A DNA stretch of 64,000 nucleotides from Octopus vulgaris (lineage: Eukaryota), in assembly GCA_951406725.2 (NCBI GenBank), contig OX597818.1:63550001-63614000 (forward strand). The letters run 5' to 3'. Made by a program: the position numbers and the translations under genes. This document shows, in pieces, positions 38,864 to 52,539 of this stretch (its first letter is position 1; each line of letters opens with the position of its first letter). The notes under the pieces are model-generated. The model saw only the letters and a list, made by a program, of their open reading frames with translations. It was not told the DNA's origin and ran no database searches.

Positions 38864-40299
38864 ATTGACTAAAACAAGATTTCTGTTTCCTCGAGCTCCT
38901 CAATAGCAGCTGTCCATTAAAAACAGGATGTATGGAAAAATTTAACTACCACAAATATGGAGAGACAGTGATTAAGATGTCACTGGTGTCGGAAATATCC
39001 AGCAGGTTGGGTAAAAAATTATTATCCATTGTGATATAATTTTAATGAGGAATGAGGAGAAGTAATTTTGTGAAGTGCAGTATAATTTATGCAGTTTAAA
39101 TAATCCTTAAATGTTCGTAGCGTGGGTTCCAGGAGACACATCAGATATGCATTTGTTTTTCACCGAAATGGCTTTTAATCAACCCGATATTCAGACAACA
39201 ATTAATTAATTAAAACAAGTTATTTAAGTATCAAAATGCATATAAATATCATGCACTGCGTGTATCATTCACTTGCCCGAATATGCGAATACATAAAATC
39301 TAATTGCTCTAACAAATATAGTATTAAATTAGTGTGAGATTCAATTAATGATAATTAAAATTTATAAAAGCTCAGTGTTAACTAAAATCTGTTTATTGCC
39401 TGGTTTTCAGTTGTTTTATATTTTTTTATGCTTTGCTTCCTTGTTTACATTATTGTACGTGTCGTTGCTAGTTCTTTTATTCATTTGTGAAGTGCTGTTG
39501 TTATATAACTTCGTGTGTCTTCTTTTTCTATGTTTATATCCAATCTATCGTTATTGCTGTCTAAAACGGATTAGAGATTTACTGCCAGATTGAAGCATCT
39601 CCTTCAAGATTGAAGCATCTTCTTGAAGTGTTACTAAAGTTTCACTTGGAAGTTGTTAATATCAGTAATGAATTTAATCTTCATTGCTAATCCTGGTTTT
39701 TTGGTTACAAGTAATTTCTGGAGTCCAAGGTACTCAAGATCCTGCCTTGTCATAATTGCTAAATGCAACGCTTCGGATGCTACAGTTTAAACACTTCCCC
39801 AGTGTACTCAAGTCCGTGCCATTTATGATTCCATTGTAAGAAATAGGACACAATGTCTGCTGGCGCTGAACGTCTTATCCTTATTCGTAAATAAAAAAGA
39901 CAAGCTATATTAAAGATTTATTTTACTGAGACGCATGTTGTGATAGGACACCAGACCATTCAAACGCACAGACACACAAACATACATGCACGTGGCCGTC
40001 TGTATGATATATATATATATATATATTCAGCAGTTTAACTACACGTGTGCTGTTGATAATTTTTTTTTCATATTTGGGACATTTCCCTGTTTCCTTTCCA
40101 ACTATAAGCTACGCTTGAAACCTCGAAAACTTTCTCCTTTTACTGATTGTCAAAATATTGCATTTCTTTTGCATGTCCTCTTCTTCTTTGTTACAGCCTA
40201 ATTTTATTATTCGTTCAATTCATTTGATTATATATGTGTCTGTGTGTTTGTGTTTGTAAATATATGTATGTATATATGTACATTTACATACATACATAT

Positions 40300-41640
40300 G
40301 TTCCCCGCACCCGCTGGGCCGTCGCCTGTACCCAGTTCCCCTCATCTACTAGCCCTCTACCATGCCCTTCCAACACACCTTTCTCCGAGACTTCTAGCGA
40401 CTTCAGTTCAGATCCCTCCGCCTCGCACATCTCTCCCAACCTACACCCCTTCCGTCCTTCAAACGACCCAACAACTAGCATGACTTTCTGTGTCTCGCTT
40501 AACTTCACCTCACAAACTGGCTCGTTCTCCTGCTCCCAGATATACTACATCACTTGCACCTACATCTCCAACACCGCCATCCTCACAGGCATCCATCGTC
40601 ATCCCTGTCATACCACCGACTCCTATAACTGTACTTCTAGCAACGTCATTTACAGCATCTCCTGCTCTATATGCCCTTCTGTGTGCATCGATCAAACGGG
40701 ACGGTATTTGGATGACCGGTTTGAGGAGCACATCCGAGATATCAGACGCGGCAATGACACCTCGGTCTAGCGCCATTTCCTCTCTACCGGTCATTCATTA
40801 TAACACCTGACTGTTTTCGAATTGTCTTTGCACTAGGGCCATCCGGACTCCCGCCTTAACCGCAAACGAGAATACATCTTCTCTCTTTACTCTTTTGCAT
40901 CATATGGATTCAATTCCGCTCTTATCCTCACTGAGTCCCTTCACTCCTCCCCACCTCTCCTCTCCCACTTCCTCAGAAACCTACTTCCTCCCATCATTCT
41001 TACCAACCTTCTTTCTTCACTGATACCCCCTCCACTCACACCCCCAATATCACACACCCCGATCCCATCCCACAGCAACATTCCAACACCTTATCCCTAC
41101 CCTACACCCACATCCACACCCCACATCCACTATATTCCCACCGCACATCTACCACATTCACACACCACATCTACAACGTCACCATCCCATTAATCATCCC
41201 ACCCAACCCCAAATCTACTTACACACCCGAGCCACCCCACACACCCCACCTCACACTACAAAACACCATACCATCATACAACGTCACATCACACCACACC
41301 AAACAACACACACACAGTAGCAGTAACCACTCCCCAGCACCCAAACCATAACCCGTCATCCTCACACACACACCCACGGGCACCTTCATTTTGGGATTAC
41401 CAATATTTATTATCTTCGGTTCTTTCTACTTCACCTGCCAAACCCTTTCGTTTCCCACCAGTCGCCATGCTTGACCGCTAAATCTACAAGTATTTTTTTT
41501 CATTCTCTCTCAGTTTATTCTCTCTTCTTTCTTTCTGCTGAAGAGCCTAGGCTCGAAACGTAAAAGACATTCTCACTTTCACCAGAGTCAAACTAATAGA
41601 CCACATTATTGGTCATTCACCTGACTTCGTCTTTTGTTTA
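40300..41640 (+). mobile_element. Penelope-like element 3' part: decayed GIY-YIG endonuclease and hammerhead-containing tail
   Basis: YNCTSSNVIYSISCSICPSVCIDQTGRYLDDRFEEHIRDI...V*RHF...GHS; tail tcttt-CTGCTGA-a-gagc-ctag-gctc-GAAA-CG-TA-aaaga at about 41530-41567. Confidence 0.85.
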
Positions 41641-41734
41641 TCTATAAAGATGTATGTGCATACACGTACACACATATATATATATATGTGTGTGTGTATG
41701 TATATATATACATGTAAATATGTACATATATAAG

Positions 41735-41842
<108 letters not shown>

Positions 41843-42074
41843 AGAATGTATATATATATATATATATATATGTTAAGTACTTGATTTAATTTGGACAAAT
41901 TCAATTATATTTTTCGTAAATTGGAGGAGATTAGTTAGTAATATGGAATGAAATATTTTATTATTCAACGCTATAATATCGTTTCGCATAGAAAAGACAA
42001 TAAATTAATTTTAAGAATCTGAATTGGCAAAGAGTACTCATGAGTAGCAGACTAAGAATAAATATAATAAAGAC

Positions 42075-42117
<43 letters not shown>

Positions 42118-42459
42118 TTTGTTTTGCTTTCTCTGTAATCTAGCAACAGAATACATGCCACGCTTTAAAAATGAGCTGAGATGCCGTGTCGTTCGACTAA
42201 ATCTTCTGAAAATGGTGCCCTAGTATTACTGTGTCCCAATGACAGACAAAATTAACAGAAAATGTGTGTATTTAAGTAAAGAAGTTAACATATAAAATAT
42301 TATGGATACGTAAGTACTTAGCTGTCACTGTATTTAAGGGATGCATTTCCGAGACTAGTGCACTTTTTCACCTCTCCTTGAAAATTGCAGTTTTAAAAAA
42401 TAATTTTTTCGGTTTCCTACCCTTTAGATATCGGGGATTATGAATATGCAAAAAACAAA

Positions 42460-42530
<71 letters not shown>

Positions 42531-43524
42531 TTTCACCCATACTCCACTAATTAAAATTTTGATTAAATTTAGTTTATAGAGATTGTAGCGAATTGACGAA
42601 TATATGCAAATTGACATTAAATATAGACGAATATATTAGAGTGAAAGGAATTTACCTTGAATAATTGTAAATAATAATTTAATGTAACTTAAATATGCAC
42701 GATGTTATGAGAAACAAACATGAATATGTTTGATAATTAATGTTAAAGTTTTACAAGGGGCTCAAATTTGACCCTCACCCCAATTTTCAATTTTGAACTG
42801 TTTCATACATTTATATATTTGTCTGTCTAGCTATTTATCCCTATCTGTTTATTCATGAAATACATTTGTCAACTAAATATAACGGTCCTATAGAAGACGA
42901 TGTTACTGTTTTTTTAGCCCCAGGAAGACATTCATTTCTATCAATCTCTTTAAACACATATCTGTATGCTTATTGAATTTGAAATTTAGTAAACGTGCTT
43001 ATTTGCATATTCGGTTTCCTACAATCTATCTCTTTAAAGTAGACAAAACTGAATGGGGTAGTTGGGTGAAACTACTTCTTTTTTTTTTCTTTTTGCATTT
43101 TCTTAATCTCTCACATCCAAAGCGCATTTTTTCTAGGGGAGGTGCGAAACTGCATTAGCCCCGCATTCCTTACGCAGGATTTCACTTTATATAAACCACA
43201 ATATGTCAGGTTAATATTTTCTGGAAAAAACAAAGCATGAACACCTGCACAAGTGGCAGACAATATTCTATGGAAACAAACAGTTTATTCTCTCCCGCAA
43301 TATGTAATAGCTTATAAAAGTTGTACATCAAGTATTCATAAGCATCCATATATATTATTGCGTGTAGAGTCACAACACAGTTTTGCATTCAAGAGACAGT
43401 ATTAAAGTTCGTCGAATGTTGCACAAAGACAATTTTTAGTGGTAGAAAGCATCACAATTATGTGAGCTGGCTACAGAATAAATACAAGTATCGAGTTTAG
43501 TTGTGTAAGCACATTGTCTAATAG

Positions 43525-43770
43525 TCAGAGCAGCGAACTTGCGATCGAGGTATCGCGGGTTCGAATCTCAGAGAGCGCGATGTGTGTGTGTTTATGAGCG
43601 AAACACCTGAGCTCTACGCGGCTCCGGCAGAAGATAATAGCAAACTTCTGCTGATACAGTCGCCATAAATTTCTCTCACTATTTCCTCCTGCATCTAACA
43701 GGTCACCTGTGACGGACGGGCGTCCCGAGAAGATGGGTAACCTATACGCCAACGAAATCGGGAAACTGTC
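43525..43770 (+). mobile_element. SINE family D, alternative tail
   Basis: Homologous to 35021-35300. Confidence 0.8.
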
Positions 43771-45351
43771 GCCATGTCATCTGAAAGTTTACGTTCATTT
43801 TTATATTTGGAGTTCTGTCAATATCACTTTCTACCTTTCTTTTAGAAAAAAGTGCATTTGCCACACGACGTGAAGCAGAATTGTTTTCCCAGCAAGATTT
43901 TATTTTTTTTGCGCAGTGTCAAATAAACAACATCTGCCTTGTTGAGAATCTCATCAAGGTGAATCAATGTTGAATTAATGCTAGGGAAGCTATTTACTTA
44001 CCGAACAATATAGAGCTACACTTATTCCTTGTATTCCTTCAGCTTCAAGGAATGGAAACTGCTGTCCAAGCCATACAAATTTAGCTCCATATAAAGATCG
44101 TCACATCTTGCTTCCATTTTATCTACTCAGACAATCATTTCACCTAGAAAGAAGCTATGCAAGTACTAACCAACAATCTGTAGTCACCTTTTAATATTTG
44201 AGCAATTAGCTCTACACAAATTTTCAAATATTACATTATCGTGTTTTGAGAAATTGAATTTTTAATGATTCTCATTTGAAACTCATAAATATTAGCTTAC
44301 ATAAACAAAATACTTAGAATATATTAAATGAGACAAATCCAATTATTGCCTTGTCTTTTTGATTTAATTGACAGTAAATATCACTTTTTGCATAATATTC
44401 ACATTATCAGACACACGTGTATACATATATGAATATAAAATGTCACAAACACAGAATCAGAGGCACACGCACTTACACACACAAATTTATATGCAACAGT
44501 TTGAGGAAAGTAATGCAAATTTTGGCATAATTATTTACTTAAGTGATACAGCTCGTTCAAGTTGCAAATATTCTTCTTCATTACAGACAATAATAACTAG
44601 TTTATACTCGAGTTAAAACCACGAAGAGACCTCTTGTCTAATGTTTCTCAGAATTATCCATTTCACATTATATTCCCAAATCTATATTTTAATTTACAGA
44701 TATACTCACAAAGCAAAGTATTAATTTTTATGTGACTGAATGTTACTATATGGGTGAGTATTATCAGATAATTTCTAAAAAAAGAAAAATGATTTAAACG
44801 CACTTGTGTGGCGTATACTGGTTTCTGCTTTACAGGGAAGTTATTTGTAACATTTATTAAAACTCAAGAAATTTCTAAATGACTTGACTTAAATAAATAA
44901 AGCTATTTTATTTTATGACGAAAGGGCTAAAATACTCATTATATATCTAGAATTGTTGTCCATTCATAATTAAAGCTGTAGTTGACCCCTCATCACTGGA
45001 AAGACCAATATCTATCGCAATGTTTTTCACAGCAACTAAACTAAGGTGTAGGCGTCTATGAAGACAAGTGTAAGCATAAAAGGCGTGTTTGCGTTCAATC
45101 AACCTGTTAAAAAAGGGTTTGGAATTTACATATCGGAATGTTACATTCCCGCAGCTTGTGTTCTTATTGTTTATTGGTTTTATTTGCGAGGAAAATCTAA
45201 AACAACATATAAAATATGGTTTTGTCATATACAGAAACAAAAGATTCATAATATGACGTTGGGTGAATCAATCATTGTGTAATTTTTCTAGATACATTTA
45301 GCATCTATAGTTTTCCAGTACTGTACATTTCTGCTGCTCTTTATAATATTA

Positions 45352-45714
45352 CTAGTAGTATCGCCCGGCGTTGCTCGGGTTTGTTTCGACACTTTAGAAT
45401 TGGAATTTTTGAAAAGTAAAAATTTTGCATTATGTAGCTTGTTATTCTCTTTAAGTGAACATTTTCTGGTTGAAATACACCGATAAATGGCGACATAGCA
45501 GTAAAAAAATCGTAAAAATAGGGATTTTCATAGAAAAAATGTACCTTTTGATGTAAATAACTTTTGATTTTAACATGATCCGATTTGAAGAGCAAGCCTT
45601 ATATCATGCTCTCAATTTTGGTCAACTTGCGCCGCAGGCTCTCGGAGGAGACAGTGTTAGTTGAAGGCTACCAAACCTGCCATACACTGACAACTTAAGC
45701 TTTATATGTATAGA
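45352..45714 (-). mobile_element. Non-autonomous Helitron
   Basis: 5' TCTATA, 3' hairpin cccgagcaacgccggg followed by CTAG|T. Confidence 0.8.
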
Positions 45715-46584
45715 ATAGTGTATTTCAGCCGACGGAATTGTGGACATGATAGCACGTCGACTGAAAATTTCGCAATTTTTCTGGCTGTTTCTGTTATAGT
45801 CCAAATATCATAGAGCTTCCGTTTATCTTTGATACTCTCATTATTGTATTATAAGGTACAAGCCTATTATTAGGCGGATGGAAGGAACGAACTGCAGTAT
45901 TGCTGGCTTTCTTCTGCCGACACTACAAACAATTACCATTAATACGTTTTAGAAACTTTTCACTTAATTGTTGGACGCAAATTCTTTGATAGCATGTGAA
46001 ATTCATAAATGTTTGACTACTAGAATATCCGTTCCATTGTTTATTTTTCATACGTTTGATATATTTCGAAATATGTACACATAGTTTGATACTTTATATT
46101 AGTTCTTGTAGAGTTTTTGTTTACCGTGTTGAGTATTATGTTAATATATTCTTTAATCACAATACTTATTTCCTATCAAACAATATATAAAGTTTTTGTA
46201 ATTCGTTGTTTGAATAATAGCATACACCTGTCTCTTGTACAACATACCGATTTCATGTTATACACTGATTATAACATAGATGAACAGAAGTGTATCTGAT
46301 GCATTATTCATGCCAAGGACACCGCAAACGTTGTTGTACAGTGTAATATAAAAGTTGATATATATAAGTATGTTTTTTTTTCAAGTGTAAAAGTTCAAAA
46401 TAGTGAATATATAACGTCGTACTGATATTATGATACTTAGTATAAGTTCTGTAGGTAAATATTATAAATTATTGAAATTTTATTCACAAGTATATCCATA
46501 TTGAAATTCTCCAATGTTTGTATTTCTATATTCGAGTAGTGTATGCGTATATATATAAAATGTATGTACGTGCATACATATATA

Positions 46585-46654
<70 letters not shown>

Positions 46655-46655
<1 letters not shown>

Positions 46656-46860
46656 GTTAATCCAAGCATGAAAACACGAAGGGAAATCACAACTCCAGGG
46701 TGTGGAACAGGTATAGTATTATTGGACGCTCAGGAAAGGAAATAAAGAAGGAGGATTTAACGTTTCCAGTGGAGCCCTTCGTCAGAGACATAGGAAAAGG
46801 AAAGATCCCAGGAAGGGAAGAGGGAGGAAAAGAAATCGCCAACGATACATACGTGGTCAC
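46655..46860 (-). mobile_element. Family G repeat
   Basis: Homologous to 800-1005; minus strand CTGACGA-agggctccactg-GAAACGTT. Confidence 0.6.
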
Positions 46861-46901
46861 ATATATATATAGGTGTGTTTATGTATATATATAAATGCAT
46901 T

Positions 46902-46970
<69 letters not shown>

Positions 46971-47021
46971 ATGTATGTATGTATATATATACATATACAT
47001 ATTGTATAAATGTTTGTGTGA

Positions 47022-47059
<38 letters not shown>

Positions 47060-47063
47060 GTCT

Positions 47064-47329
47064 CTTTACTCTTTTACTTTTTTCAGTCATTTGACTGCGG
47101 CCATGCTGGAGCACCGCTTTTAGTCGAGCAAATCGACCCAAGAACTTATTCGATGTAAGCCTAGTACTTCTTCAATCAGGCTCTTCTGCCGAACCGCTAA
47201 GTTACGGGGACGTAAACACACCTGCATCTGTTGTCAAGCGATGACGGGGGACAAACACAGATACGCAAACACACAACACACACACACGCACACACACACA
47301 CACATATATACATACATACATGTACATAT

Positions 47330-47418
<89 letters not shown>

Positions 47419-47581
47419 TACAACAGGCTTCTTTCAGTTTCCGTCTAACCAATCTACTCACAAGGCTTTTGGTCGGCCCGAGGCTCTAGCAGTAGACACT
47501 TGCCAAAGGTGCCACGCTGTGGGACTGAACCAGGAACCATGTGGTTGGTAAGTAAGCTTCTTACCACACAGCCCCTCCTGT
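47064..47581 (-). mobile_element. SINE family C with expanded internal microsatellite
   Basis: Homologous to 12694-13106. Confidence 0.9.
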
Positions 47582-49706
47582 GTTTATATATATATATATA
47601 AACACAAACTCAGACGTACCCGTTGTATGTATCTATCTTACCAATGTGCCTATCATCTTCATTCTTAAAATATTTCAAATTTTTCAGGGCATCTAATATT
47701 TTGTAGGGCATGTAAAATTGTAACCCCCCCCCCACTCCTTTGTAGATGAAATATCACGATGGAGGTAAAACCAAAGTAATAATGTCAGGAATCGGCCGAC
47801 GACTTTCGGTCCCCGCTGGGCTTTGCTTTGTACCTCTTTAAATGCTTAGAGAGATATGGATTATGTACATACTGTGAAGTAAATTTACTTAATCACTTTC
47901 AATAATGGAGGCTTTTGTGGTCTCTAGTTAGAACAGTAAATTATCTCTTTTATTTTAGTCTGTATTTCTGCGCTTCTTTCTGTTACAAACTGTATCGATT
48001 GTATTGAAAACCTCTACTTTATGTATTAGCTGATGCACTTAACTTGACACATCGTACAATATAATCATGTACGGATGAATCAGTACAGGCAATTATATAT
48101 CTATGCACACACATGTACACACACAATCACACACAGACATAAACACATGCAAACACACTCGAATGCTCACACACAAACAAACACACACATATGGCTGTGG
48201 TTGTTTGTGTATAAATAGATCCATAACTTGTAGTTGGAATATAAATTCAGCGAATTTTACAAAAAAAAAAGAGAGTAATATTTGTTATTGCGTTTTAAAA
48301 GTATGTCTAGCATGTCCGAATAGCCAAGAGACTACAAGACAATCAACACGTACAAACATGGCAATATAAATATAAGTTCCACGCTTCCATAAACTCTGCA
48401 ATCACTATTTGTAGAGTTTCGTCTTTATACGTATATATATGTATATATATCTACATGCGTGCGTGTTTTCAGGTATTTTTACATATATAGATACTCTTGT
48501 GATATTAAGTTACACACAGGCACACACACGCCACATATACTTACAAAATCACGTACACACACTAAGACATGCACGCAGAAACACACAGATATACACGTCT
48601 TGTGTATATATATATGAATTGTATTTTAAATAGAACCGAAAGTAAGTCAACATTCGTTTTGTGCAGGAGAGCGTAAACCATCAGAGATCAACGTAAAAGG
48701 GAATGGTAATGAGATTCTCAACAGGCAACGTGTTAACAACGAAAATATGGCCATAATTCAAGTGATTCGACACAAACAGATAATAACATGCAATTGTAAT
48801 GATCAATACACCTCATTACTTGTTTCAATATATACATTTCCAATGAATCTTGCGTTAGTTGTAAAATATTTGCTAAGTAAATTCTGGTGTAATTTTGCTT
48901 AAGTTACCTTCGTGCAAATTCTTTTCTAAGTAAATAAATATAAAGCATTTGTATCTACAACAACATGCTGTCTCTGAAGCTTCCGTGCAGCAATTCTTTT
49001 GAATGTATGGCTTATAATTAAGTGAAGTTATTACACGCTTTAGTGATAATTGTAAGACGATATTAGAGCTGTTTCGTACATCTGAACATCCACAGTAAAA
49101 CCTCTTGTCAATAATCTATATATTATTCTACTCGTCTATAACAGGAATATTATTAATTTCTAACAATGAGCTTATTCTATCATAGACGTCAGTTTCTATT
49201 TATTCAAAATCGTACAAAGTACTAAGTTATGCAATTTTGTAAGTATAGGACATAGATACGTGATATAAATATTTAAATTAATTTTCTGGTAAAAATTGCA
49301 TTGTAACCCAAAACGAAATCAGATTCATGTTCATGAAATAATATTATAGAAGGATTCTATGCTTCAATTTATTTTGTCACTAGATTTCGTTCGTGATATG
49401 TATAATCTTAACTGAAAACACTAGCATTGTGTACAGATTTAGGAAAATTATGCAACGTTAATTATAGAGAAAAAATTAATTGGAAAATTTAAAATAGAAT
49501 AACACAGCGATTCAGAGCATCTTTAATATGTACAAATTTGGCGAATATGTACTTATGTGCTGCAGCATTATATCACGACACTGTGTTTATGATAGAAAAT
49601 GCAGAGAATAGGAAAGGGTCGACAAACATTATTGGCATATCAAAGTTCAGCTGCAATATTGATATGGACGTGTAAAAGTTTGTGAAAACAATATTTATCA
49701 GTATAG

Positions 49707-49753
<47 letters not shown>

Positions 49754-49853
49754 AAATGAGAAAATGGAGAAATATATCTAAATCAATCATCAACTATCAG
49801 ATAATACCGAATCATATACTTTATTAAAACACTACACAATAGCAATGAGATTA

Positions 49854-49904
<51 letters not shown>

Positions 49905-50070
49905 TGTATTAGTTTGACATTCGGGGAAATGTAAAAGGATGTTATGTGTCGATCCTACTGTCTTCCATAGAAAGGAATAAGAGAAAATATAGAGAATGAA
50001 AAAGAACTGTAGATTTCAGCGGTACAGCATGACATACACACACACGCACACACACACACACACACGCACA

Positions 50071-50153
<83 letters not shown>

Positions 50154-50384
50154 GTACACACACACATACACACACATACAGGGTGTACTAACATTCGAGT
50201 ACAGATTAATTTTACTATGCTCGGGAATTATCAGTATTACTTCAATTTTTGTTTTTAAATTCAATAAGCGAAATAGAATAATGATGTAAACGCACGTACA
50301 TTCACGTAATGAACAAAAAGAGTAATAATAATAATATATTCTATTAAAGGCTTAACGCCCGAAATGTTTAGGAGGGGGAAAATG

Positions 50385-50900
50385 AATTACATCGACTCCA
50401 GTATACCACTGGTTCTTATTTTATCGAGCCGTAAGAATGAAAGGCAATGTTGTCCTAGCCGGAATTTGAACTCAGAACGTAGTCACGGGCGAAATACCTT
50501 TTTTCTTCACTACACACAAGGGGCTAAACACCGAGAGGACAAGCAAGGACAGACAAATGGATTAAGTCGATTATACCGACCCCAGTGAGTAACTGGTAGT
50601 TATTTAATCGACCCCGAAGGGATGAAAGGCAAAGTCGACCTCAGCGGAATTTGAACTCAGAACGTAGCGGCAGACGAAATAACTATTTCTTCACTACCCA
50701 CAAGGGGCTAAACACAGTGGGGACAAACAAGGACAGACAAACGGATTAAGTCGATTATATCGACCCCAGTGCGTAATTGGTAGTTATTTAATCGACACCG
50801 AAAGTATGAAAGGCAAAGTCGACCTCGGCGGTATTTGAACGCAGAACGTAGCGGCAGATTAAATACTGCTACGCATTTCGCCCGGCGTGCTAACGTTTCT
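50385..50900 (-). mobile_element. Tandem trimer of SINE family A
   Basis: Three units, only one carrying the head. Confidence 0.88.
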
Positions 50901-52240
50901 CCCAACCTGATGCTTGACCGACTCTGCATTTAGCTGAGTAGCGATTGGCAAGTAATATATAGAAGCAAGAGCAAGTTTATTGACTTGTATTATGAGGTAG
51001 AACCTTGAGGCAATACTCGGGTGTGTATTCAGTAGACGTAGTTATCTATTACAATTTACACTTCCATTTAAAAAAAAAAAATGTGAAAAGTTATACCTTC
51101 AAAATAAATCTATATAACTGCCTGAAAAGAATGAACTAATATCAACAAAGACTCTATGATCATTGATGATCTTGTTATGAGCCAACACGATGCAACTCAT
51201 AAATTCAGATTCTAAATTACAAATTGCACTTTGATATTTGGATATCAACAAAAGGATTCTATCCTAGCAGGTTACGGATAATGAATTCTTTGAAAATATA
51301 GTACCGTTTCCATTCTAACTAAAAGTAAATCGCATTAGTAATGTAAAAACGACTGATATTTCAACACATAAAAATAATATTCTATTTCATGTTTCCAACT
51401 GATGTATACGTTATTACTCGCAGATCAGTTTTTACGAATAAAAATAAAATACATTAATTTTTTTGAAACAAGTTGAATCGCTAAATTTGCTCTGACGAAC
51501 AAATGACTCTTGTAAGTTATTTTTCGGTTTCTAAGAATGATTGTCCTCCATTTTGGTTATATCGATATGCGTATGAAACAATTCCAGGCATTCATATGTA
51601 TTTTTATATCTAACATATATTATTTAGTTATACATAGATATAGACGAGACTGTCTCTATTGCAATTTAGTTATCTCTATGTATATGTAATAAAAATAGAA
51701 GTCAGCCATTCTAAATGTGTTATAGGTAAGTAAACTCAAGGTAAAACGATCCGGTGTTTCCGCGTCAGAAGAAATTTCGGAAATGCATGCATTAAATTAG
51801 CTGAATTTCCCGAGTTAGTTATTTCCTGTAATCCTGTGCGGAAAATGAAGATTTGTGTAAGGTGTAACAATCCACCAAATGTTCCGAAACTATACATCTG
51901 CGGGATCATTAATCTTAAATAAAATTCACTTCTCGATGAATTGTGATCCTGCGTCTCGCAAAAGTATACAGAATAAATTGAGAATCATCTGAATCTATGC
52001 ATTATGAATAATACAAAGTTCGTTGACCTACGCTCCTGTCCTCAAATACGTTATGCACCCTGTATATTGCAATACATAAAACAGTTCCAAAACCAAGATA
52101 TTTGTGGTATGCTACCATTGATTTTTGTTGTAGCTACTTAACAAACATCTCCTTAAATAAGTTAAGGCCACAAAATACATATGTCAGGCAGTATCGGTAA
52201 AAAGAAGATTGGTTACGGCAATTATACGTTCAAATACATA

Positions 52241-52539
52241 TCTTTATATATTAAAGTGAAGTTGTGTGTCTGTCTCCTACGATTTAGATTCCTAACTACT
52301 CCCACATTTTGCGGTGCAGTTTAACCAAAACCGGGTATCTTATAGTCGTGATTCATATCGAGCCCTTCTGGGTATTAGCGTGCATCTACGATGAGTCTAC
52401 GATTTAAAAAAAAAATTACCATCATTTTTCCCCATTTTCAATGCATTTTTTTGCTATTATATAAGGGAAGTAACTCTCTAAAAATGCTTATATAGTTATT
52501 TCCCTTACAAACCCGAGCAACGCCGGGCGATACTGCTAG
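52241..52539 (+). mobile_element. Non-autonomous Helitron
   Basis: A|TCTTTATATA...cccgagcaacgccggg-cgatactg-CTAG|T, no TSD. Confidence 0.85.

Noticed and set aside
50177-52065. Tc1-like ends tacagggtg...caccctgta
   Set aside because: The match is only about 9-10 bp and there is no transposase trace between them.
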